DNA of 32,000 nt from Caldimicrobium thiodismutans. Lineage in GTDB: Bacteria; Desulfobacterota; Thermodesulfobacteria; Thermodesulfobacteriales; Thermodesulfobacteriaceae. A program made the position numbers and the translations under genes. The notes under the pieces are model-generated. The model saw only the letters and a program-made list of their open reading frames with translations, searched no databases and was not told the origin of the DNA. Position 1 is the first letter of the stretch. Every line of letters begins with the position of its first letter. Positions 8,575-14,901 of the stretch are shown here, in pieces. The DNA lies in NCBI RefSeq assembly GCF_001548275.1, contig NZ_AP014945.1, positions 1,260,001 to 1,292,000 on the forward strand, read 5' to 3'.

Positions 8575-9032
8575 TTTATATTCTTGCCCCAGGGCCTCTT
8601 AAATACCCCTTTGTAAAAGAGGGGCTTGATTATTATCTCAAAGGACTTACTAAATGGATAAAAGTTGAGGCTTTTTTCCCTAAGGTTAAGGGAAGCTTTT
8701 CCACAAGGGAAGAAAGGCTTAAGGCAGAGGAGGAAACCCTTTTAAAAAATCTTCCCGAAAAAACTTTTCTTATTATCCTTGATGAAAGAAGAGAAGGCTT
8801 TACCACTAAGGAATTTTCAGAATTTTTGGAAAGGCTTCTTTCAAGAGAAAAAAGCATAACCTTTCTTATAGGTGGTCCTGAAGGGATTTCAGAAAATTTA
8901 AAAAGGAAGGCGCATAAATCTCTAAAAATCTCAGATTTTACCCTAAATCATGAACTTGCCCTTCTTGTCCTTTCTGAAGCTCTATACAGGGCTATAAGCC
9001 TACTTAAAGGTCATCCCTATCACAGAGAGTAA
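8571..9032 (+). CDS. rlmH: 23S rRNA (pseudouridine1915-N3)-methyltransferase, SPOUT family
   Basis: The size (153 aa), IGGPEGIS and the C-terminus FTLNHELALLVLSEALYRA...GHPYHR are typical of RlmH. The GTG start overlaps the proC stop (GTGA). Confidence 0.85.
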   Translation: MIYILAPGPLKYPFVKEGLDYYLKGLTKWIKVEAFFPKVKGSFSTREERLKAEEETLLKNLPEKTFLIILDERREGFTTKEFSEFLERLLSREKSITFLIGGPEGISENLKRKAHKSLKISDFTLNHELALLVLSEALYRAISLLKGHPYHRE

Positions 9033-9035
9033 GCC

Positions 9036-9422
9036 TTAACCGAAAAGAAAATAAAGGAATAATCCTAAGGATAAGATTAATAAGATTATAAAATAAAGGA
9101 AATAAAGCCAGAAGGAGGTTCTATAAGCCCCAGTTTCAACTTTTTTCAGGGTTTTATAAAAGTTTATTTTTCCAAAGATAAGACTTAGAATGCCAATTCC
9201 TATGAGAAGCTTTCCAAGATAGTGTAAATGAGGATATTTTTCTATAGGTGGTAAGGGGGACAATTCTTGAGTTTTTAGAGCAAATTTTAAAAAGAAGTCA
9301 AATTTTTCTATGGCTATTCCGAAGGCAAGAAAGGCAATTGCGCTTCTTATCCAGGCAAGAAAGGTTCGCTCTACTGCAAGATAATACCTTGCATCAACAG
9401 GCTTCTGAAGATTTTCAGGCAT
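9036..9422 (-). CDS. DUF202 (YidH-like) membrane protein
   Basis: LAVERTFLAWIRSAIAFLAFGIAI is the DUF202 signature. Three predicted TM segments. Confidence 0.7.
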   Translation of the reverse strand: MPENLQKPVDARYYLAVERTFLAWIRSAIAFLAFGIAIEKFDFFLKFALKTQELSPLPPIEKYPHLHYLGKLLIGIGILSLIFGKINFYKTLKKVETGAYRTSFWLYFLYFIILLILSLGLFLYFLFG

Positions 9423-10215
9423 AGTCCCTCAATTTTTCAGCAAGTCTTTCAGCAAGAAAAACTAAACATTCAAGATCAAGATAGGTGATTGCCGAGGAAT
9501 CATAAAGGACTTTACAACTTGGAGGAAGCCCTTCTTCTGGGTCACCTTCCCAATAATTTACCTGAAGAGGAATCCTTGGTAAGGCCCAAATAATCACTGA
9601 AAAACCTCCTTCCCTCTCCTTAAACTCTGAGATTCTAAAATTTTTAAGCAATTCCCTTATATGGCTTTTTGCCTCTGAAAAAATTTCCCTTAAGGGGTCT
9701 TCTGCATAGAGTTTTAAAGTTTTAACCTTGGAGATAGAGTGAGGGAATGCAGAGAGATTAACAAAATTTCCTGTTAAAGGAGCCTTTCCATTAAAAAGGA
9801 AGTAATTGCAGAGAAGGATTTCATCTCTTGGATCAAGGTCTTTTCCCCTTAGGTCCTTAAGTTCAAGAGGGTGGCCATGGGTATCAAGGGGAAGGGTAAT
9901 TTCTGTATCAAGATAAAAAAGCCTTAAAGAGAAGGGTTCTTTCTCAAAGAGGGCTCCAAGATTTTCCCCAATTTCAATAAGATTTAGGGCTCTAAATCTT
10001 TCTTTGAGATATTTTAAATTTTCAAGGAGTTGATTAAAGGAAAGCTTTGAGCTCAAGAGTTCTTGAGGTAGGCTTTCAAGAGGAAGATAGGGGCATTTTT
10101 CAGGGGCTGCTTCTTTACTGAAGACTTTTAGGGCAAAAAGGAGGCAGGACTCAAAGCCACATTCTTTACAATTTGTCTTTGGAAGAAGCTTCAAAAGATC
10201 AAGATAACTTTTCAT
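9415..10215 (-). CDS. Putative Fe-S-binding protein (CdhD/AcsC-type N-terminal Cys motif) with a DUF3786-like body
   Basis: N-terminus LLKLLPKTNCKECGFESCLLFALKV...EKCPYL resembles the putative Fe-S cluster domain found in front of DUF3786. ATG is at 10215; the track starts one codon earlier at a TTG. Confidence 0.6.
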   Translation of the reverse strand: MKSYLDLLKLLPKTNCKECGFESCLLFALKVFSKEAAPEKCPYLPLESLPQELLSSKLSFNQLLENLKYLKERFRALNLIEIGENLGALFEKEPFSLRLFYLDTEITLPLDTHGHPLELKDLRGKDLDPRDEILLCNYFLFNGKAPLTGNFVNLSAFPHSISKVKTLKLYAEDPLREIFSEAKSHIRELLKNFRISEFKEREGGFSVIIWALPRIPLQVNYWEGDPEEGLPPSCKVLYDSSAITYLDLECLVFLAERLAEKLRDYA

Positions 10216-10248
10216 CAAAGTAAAAATTTAAGAGAGATTTTCAGAAAA

Positions 10249-10482
10249 GCAAGTCAAAATATAAGCGTCCACATTTTTTGAGACTTAAATCTGCCTTTTT
10301 GGGAGATAAATCTGCATTTCCTTTTATGATTAACTATAAAGCCTCCCCTGTATAAATTTGTGAAGCCTTTGATTCAACCTACGCGTTTTATTAGCCCTTT
10401 TGTAGGGACGAACTTAAGTGTTTGCCTGTTATGTGTTCCCTATTTTCATCCTTCTTTCTTTGTAAGGATGTGAACTTATGTA
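10249..10482 (-). mobile_element. MITE-like, IS-derived repeat, copy A (inverted orientation); boundaries +/-15 bp
   Basis: The reverse complement starts TACATAAGTTCACATCCTTACAAAGAAAGAAGGATG and ends AAGTCTCAAAAAATGTGGACGCTTATATTTTGACTTGC. It shares both ends plus the internal CACATAACAGGCAAACAC and CCCTACAAAA with copy C (26879..27141), and the ends with copy B (19124..19428). Confidence 0.55.
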
Positions 10483-10589
10483 AAAAGAGGGCAAATTTAA
10501 AATCTTTTATTTTTGATTAACAATATATTGACTTTTTAAAAAACTTTAATAAATAATTTATTAACTTAAAATATTATTGGAGGTGGCTT

Positions 10590-11882
10590 ATGAAGAAGGG
10601 GGTTTCAAGGAGGGAGGTATTAAAGTCTGCTGGGCTTGCTGCTTCTTTTTTGGTTTTTCAAAAGAGTTTTTCTCTTGCCAAAGGGGTCTCCTTGCAGAAA
10701 GATTCTTATGTCTTTGCTTTAAGGGGAGATGGGGCGGTAGTTGTCATTGATCCTGCAAGTGATGAAATAGTTGACAAAATTTCAACAGAGGGTAAAGGAG
10801 GGACCCTTGGCTCTATTACACCCAATGGAGATTTACTTTTTGTGGCAAACAATGCCCCAGGTCAGAGGATGGTTTCTGTTATAGATACTAAAAAACTCCA
10901 TCTTATTAAAAATCTTGAGACCGGCAATAGACCTAAACATCCGGTGGTTTCACCTAAAGGGGACTTAGTGGCAGTTAATCACTCAGGAATTGATGAGGGA
11001 AAGATTCGGATTGCCTTTATTTCAACCAAAGGTGTGGAACTAACAAAAATTGTAGAATTACCTGTTAACAATCTTGACCATAAAGGCGATTTCAGTATGC
11101 ATGGTTCTTTTTCTCCCGATGGAAGCCTCTATGTCATCGGAAACTATGCAGATAATGAATTTTATCTTATTTCAACCAAGGACTTTAAGATAATAAGCTC
11201 AATTAAAGTTGAAGGAAATCCTCACTATTTTGATTTTAAGGAAAAGGAGCTCTGGGTAACCGTTGAATATGGAGAACCAAAAAACTCTGGGGCAAGGCCT
11301 TTGGTTTATATTTATAATATTTCGGATCCTTTTAAACCACATCTCAAGAACATCTTAAAGGTAGAAGTTGATTCATCTGAACTTGCTGAGCTTACCCGTA
11401 TTGAGGGCCATCATGGAAATTTCACCAATAATGGAAAATGTTTTCTTGTTTGTAATAGAGGAGCTTCACCCTTTGAGGGGATAACTGTTGAGGTTTATGA
11501 TGCTAAAAGCAAAAAATTGGTTAAAAGAATCCTTTCTAAGGTAAAGGGAGTAGGTCATGCCTATATCAGTCCTGATAATCGTTTTGCAGTGATTACCCAG
11601 TATGGTGATTCCAAGCTTGAAATTATCTCACTTAAAAACTTTGAAAGTATAGGAATTATTGATACAGGTCTTGGGAAACATATGGGACATGTGGTATTTA
11701 CAAAGGATGGGAAAAAGATGTATGCTTCAAATAGGGTTGCAGACTCAGTTTTTGTGATAGATACTAATCGCTGGGAGATTATCAAGAGGATAATTACGGG
11801 TGATTCTGGTCAGGCTCAGGGCCAGGTGGTAAAGGACTTCTATGGGGTCTTTGAGAGAATAAGAAATCCCTATTTAGGATAA
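10590..11882 (+). CDS. Tat-signal periplasmic beta-propeller protein (YVTN-type repeats) with blade-recurrent histidines
   Basis: Twin-arginine motif SRREVLKSAGLAA, with GGAGG 7 nt upstream of the ATG. Blade-like segments repeat (SPKGDLVAV, SFSPDGSLYVI, YISPDNRFAVI, VFTKDGKKMYA). Histidines recur at KHPVV, NHSG, DHKGDFSMHG, NPHYF, GHHGNF, VGHAY and KHMGHVV. Confidence 0.7.
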   Translation: MKKGVSRREVLKSAGLAASFLVFQKSFSLAKGVSLQKDSYVFALRGDGAVVVIDPASDEIVDKISTEGKGGTLGSITPNGDLLFVANNAPGQRMVSVIDTKKLHLIKNLETGNRPKHPVVSPKGDLVAVNHSGIDEGKIRIAFISTKGVELTKIVELPVNNLDHKGDFSMHGSFSPDGSLYVIGNYADNEFYLISTKDFKIISSIKVEGNPHYFDFKEKELWVTVEYGEPKNSGARPLVYIYNISDPFKPHLKNILKVEVDSSELAELTRIEGHHGNFTNNGKCFLVCNRGASPFEGITVEVYDAKSKKLVKRILSKVKGVGHAYISPDNRFAVITQYGDSKLEIISLKNFESIGIIDTGLGKHMGHVVFTKDGKKMYASNRVADSVFVIDTNRWEIIKRIITGDSGQAQGQVVKDFYGVFERIRNPYLG

Positions 11883-11897
11883 GTTTTTACATCTTAT

Positions 11898-13208
11898 ATG
11901 CCCAGGGCCTATCTGGTTTGTGGATTTTTAGGAAGTGGAAAAACCACTTTTATTATAAAAAATCTGCTCCCCCTTTTTGCGGGGGAGCCTCTAAGTATAC
12001 TTGTAAATGATTATGGAGAAATAAGTTTTGATAAAATAAGACTTTATCAAGAAAACCTGGAGGTTTTTGGAATAGAGGGTAGCTGTATTTGTTGTTCTGC
12101 AGGAGAGACCTTTCTCAAAGCCCTTTATGCTTTAAAAGAAAAAAATAGCACTCTCCTTATTGAAACCTCTGGGGTATCCGAAGTCTTTCCCATCTGGGAG
12201 GCCCTTGAGACATCAGGCTACACCATTGAGATGACCTTTACTTGTCTTTCTCTGGATTTACCTGAAAAACTTTTTAATTCTCCCTTTATAGAAAGTCAAC
12301 TTGAATCAGCCCAATGTTTGATTTTAACTAAGGCGGATTTGGTAAGTGATTTTTTACTGGAAAAACGCCTTAAAAAAATTAAAGCCTTAAGAAAGCCCTT
12401 TTTTATAGTTTATAATGGCAAGGCAGAAGAATCTCTAAAAGATTTTCTAAAATTAAAAGGGTCTGAAGGAAAACTTAAAAATTCTTTTATCCACACCCAG
12501 GGGATCAAACCAAGATTTTATACTCAAACTCTGAGACCCCAAGGATTTTATTTAAGGGAGGAGATCGAGAATTACCTAAGGAGTTTGCCCCCAGAAATCT
12601 ATCGGGTAAAGGGAATCTTAAGATGTGCCCAGAGCCCTATCCCTCTTGCCCTAAATTACAGCTGTGGCTATATTTCCTGGGAAAGAATAGAATATCCTGG
12701 AGAACCTTTTCTTACCTTTATTGGTGAAATGCCTATAGAACCTTATTTTAAAAATTTCCCTCTTTCTGTGCAAAGGGAGTACCTTGAAGAGCTAATGTTA
12801 CCTCTTTCTGCCTTTGATAGAAGAAAAAATTTTGCTTACCTTGAGGGAAAATTTGTTTCAGAAAGGAAGGCAGTAAAAGAAACCTTTAAGCTTCTTAAAA
12901 AAACGCCCTATTTAATAGTTACACAAAAGAATTCTTCTTTTCCTGATAGAAGAGTTATCTCCCTTAAAGACCTTACTTATTCAACTCTCTTGGATACAGA
13001 AAAAGAGATTTTAAAAAGACCTGAAAAGGTTTTACTGTTTATGAATCTTCCAAGTGCCATAACCAGTTACTTTTTGCAAAAACTATATAAAGATTATATG
13101 ATTATTCATATAGGAGAAAGCTATCTTTTGCCTCAAGCCTATCTTTCTATAAGACTTGACACTCCTGAAAAGAAGAAAGCCTGGCAAAACCTTTTTAATT
13201 TTACATAG
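11898..13208 (+). CDS. COG0523 / CobW-type G3E GTPase (putative metallochaperone) with an additional C-terminal region
   Basis: Walker A GFLGSGKTT, metal motif CICCS, ETSG and TKAD (NKxD variant) are present. A CobW_C-like segment (YRVKGILRCAQSPIPLALNYSCG...LTFIGEM) is followed by about 160 further residues of unknown type. Confidence 0.8.
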   Translation: MPRAYLVCGFLGSGKTTFIIKNLLPLFAGEPLSILVNDYGEISFDKIRLYQENLEVFGIEGSCICCSAGETFLKALYALKEKNSTLLIETSGVSEVFPIWEALETSGYTIEMTFTCLSLDLPEKLFNSPFIESQLESAQCLILTKADLVSDFLLEKRLKKIKALRKPFFIVYNGKAEESLKDFLKLKGSEGKLKNSFIHTQGIKPRFYTQTLRPQGFYLREEIENYLRSLPPEIYRVKGILRCAQSPIPLALNYSCGYISWERIEYPGEPFLTFIGEMPIEPYFKNFPLSVQREYLEELMLPLSAFDRRKNFAYLEGKFVSERKAVKETFKLLKKTPYLIVTQKNSSFPDRRVISLKDLTYSTLLDTEKEILKRPEKVLLFMNLPSAITSYFLQKLYKDYMIIHIGESYLLPQAYLSIRLDTPEKKKAWQNLFNFT

Positions 13209-13256
13209 GTCCACATTTTTATAAGGAATATAAAGGATGTAAAAGAAAAACTTTTT

Positions 13257-13281
13257 TCTCAAAAGATATGGAGGCATTACA
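13257..13281 (+). repeat. Solo right-end fragment of the IS-derived repeat family
   Basis: TCTCAAAAGATATGGAGGCATTACA matches GTCTCAAAAGATATGGACGCATACA (copy C) and GTCTCAAAAGATATGGACTTATACA (copy B). An oppositely oriented GTCCACATTTTT lies at 13210-13221. Confidence 0.4.
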
Positions 13282-13282
13282 A

Positions 13283-13494
13283 AACATTGATTTTTCAAAA
13301 AAGAGGCCTTAAAATAAAGTTATGCAGAAAAAACTTCCCATCGGGATTGCAAGCTTTGAAAAGATTAGAAGTGAGCCCTATTATTATGTGGATAAAACTC
13401 CCTTTGTTGCAAAGCTTGTTGAAGAGGGAACTTATTATTTTCTCTCTCGCCCAAGGAGATTTGGAAAATCCCTTTTTGTGGACACCTTAAAGCA
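13283..13494 (+). repeat. Right arm of the 212-bp inverted repeat (pairs with 1..212)
   Basis: See the left arm. It contains the putative promoter and the first 173 nt of the AAA-ATPase-like/PD-(D/E)XK gene. Confidence 0.8.
13287..13315 (+). promoter_or_regulatory. Putative sigma70-type promoter abutting the start codon (TTGATT-17-TAAAAT), implying a leaderless or near-leaderless mRNA
   Basis: TTGATT is at 13287-13292, followed by a 17-nt spacer and TAAAAT at 13310-13315, with the ATG at 13322. No Shine-Dalgarno is present. The hexamers, spacing and ATG distance are the same in the paralog copy at the window start; one spacer base differs (g/c). Confidence 0.3.
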
Positions 13495-14872
13495 GGCCTT
13501 CCTTGGAAGAAAAGAGCTTTTCCAGGGGCTTTATCTTGAGAAAAACTGGGACTGGAGTGTTAAGTATCCTGTTATACATATTGATTTTGGAGGAAGAACC
13601 CTTAAAGGAGAGGAACATTTAATAACTTATATTCTTGAACAGCTTGAGAAAAATCAGGAAACCCTTGGAGTCTCCTGTTCAGAAAAAACCCTTTATGATA
13701 TCTGTTTTGAAGAATTGATTCTTAAAAGTTATGAAAAATATAAGCAAAAGGTAGTTGTACTTATTGATGAGTATGATAAACCTATTTTTGATTGCATTGA
13801 AGATAGAGAAACTGTAAAAAGAATAAGAGATATTCTTGTAAAATTTTACATTATTCTAAAGCCCCTTGATAGATATCTCAAATTTGTTCTTTTAACAGGG
13901 GTTTTAAAATTTTATATGTCTTCAATTTTCTCAGGCTTAAATTTCTTAAATGATATTACTTTAAGCAGGGAGTATTCAACAATTTGCGGATTCACTCAAA
14001 AAGAGCTTGAAGAGGTCTTCAGAGAGGAATTAGAAGATAAGGATTTAGAGCTTATAAGATGCTGGTATAATGGTTATTCCTGGCTGGGTGAACCCGTTTA
14101 CAATCCCTTTGATGTGCTTCTCTATCTTGAAAAAAGAACCTTTCACCCCTACTGGTTTGAGACAGGAACTCCAAGTTTTCTTGTAAAGCTTTTAATGGAG
14201 AAACGCTTTTATCTTCCTGAGCTTGAAGACCTAACTGCAACTGATGACCTGATTGGCTCTTTTGACCTTGACTATATTGAACCAGAAAACCTTCTCTTTC
14301 AGGTGGGTTATTTGACCATTAAAGAAACTATTGAAGAGGAAGGGTTAATTCTCTATAAGCTTTCTTATCCGAATAAAGAGGTAAAGATTAGCTTAAATAG
14401 AGTTCTTTTTTCTTATTTTACTCAGCTCAGTTCAGAAAGACCAAGGCTATCTCTTAAGATGATTGAGGCAGTGAGGGAGAGGGATTTTGAGAAGATGAAG
14501 AGGGTTCTTGAGAGTCTTTATGCAGGGATACCTCATGATTGGTTCAGGAAGAATGAGCTTTCCCGTTATGAGGGGTATTATGCAAGTTGTTTTTATGCCT
14601 TTTTATGTGGGTCCGGGTTTGAGGTAATCCCTGAGGATATAACGAATAAGGGGCAGATTGATTTGACAGTGCTTTATAGGGATAGGGCATATCTATTTGA
14701 GTTCAAGGTGGTTGAGGGAGAGGGGGGAGAAGGTAAAGCTTTAGTTCAACTTAAGGAGAAGGGGTATCATAAGAAGTATGAGGGGAAGTCTAAGGAGATT
14801 TATCTTATCGGGATTGAGTTTTCTTCAAGGGAGAGAAATATCAAAGATTTTTCCTGGGAAAAAGTCTCTTAA
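13322..14872 (+). CDS. AAA-ATPase-like domain protein with a C-terminal PD-(D/E)XK nuclease-like domain (PF09820 + PF08011-type architecture, from memory)
   Basis: N-terminus MQKKLPIGIASFEKIRSEPYYYVDKTPF...YFLSRPRRFGKSLFVDTL and LIDEYDKP (Walker B-like) fit this family. The C-terminus has EDITNKGQIDLTV...AYLFEFKV (D...E.K nuclease-type motif). Confidence 0.8.
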   Translation: MQKKLPIGIASFEKIRSEPYYYVDKTPFVAKLVEEGTYYFLSRPRRFGKSLFVDTLKQAFLGRKELFQGLYLEKNWDWSVKYPVIHIDFGGRTLKGEEHLITYILEQLEKNQETLGVSCSEKTLYDICFEELILKSYEKYKQKVVVLIDEYDKPIFDCIEDRETVKRIRDILVKFYIILKPLDRYLKFVLLTGVLKFYMSSIFSGLNFLNDITLSREYSTICGFTQKELEEVFREELEDKDLELIRCWYNGYSWLGEPVYNPFDVLLYLEKRTFHPYWFETGTPSFLVKLLMEKRFYLPELEDLTATDDLIGSFDLDYIEPENLLFQVGYLTIKETIEEEGLILYKLSYPNKEVKISLNRVLFSYFTQLSSERPRLSLKMIEAVRERDFEKMKRVLESLYAGIPHDWFRKNELSRYEGYYASCFYAFLCGSGFEVIPEDITNKGQIDLTVLYRDRAYLFEFKVVEGEGGEGKALVQLKEKGYHKKYEGKSKEIYLIGIEFSSRERNIKDFSWEKVS

Positions 14873-14901
14873 TTAGAGAAAAATCCCGGAATAAAAATTT
14901 T

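Noticed and set aside
10590-11882. I considered whether the His-lined Tat propeller is nitrous oxide reductase NosZ.
   Set aside because: At 430 aa it has no room for the C-terminal cupredoxin (CuA) domain. I see no CuA-type Cys/His/Met motif, and there are no nosDFYL or nosR neighbours. Only the general principle (Tat, propeller, one His per blade) is shared.
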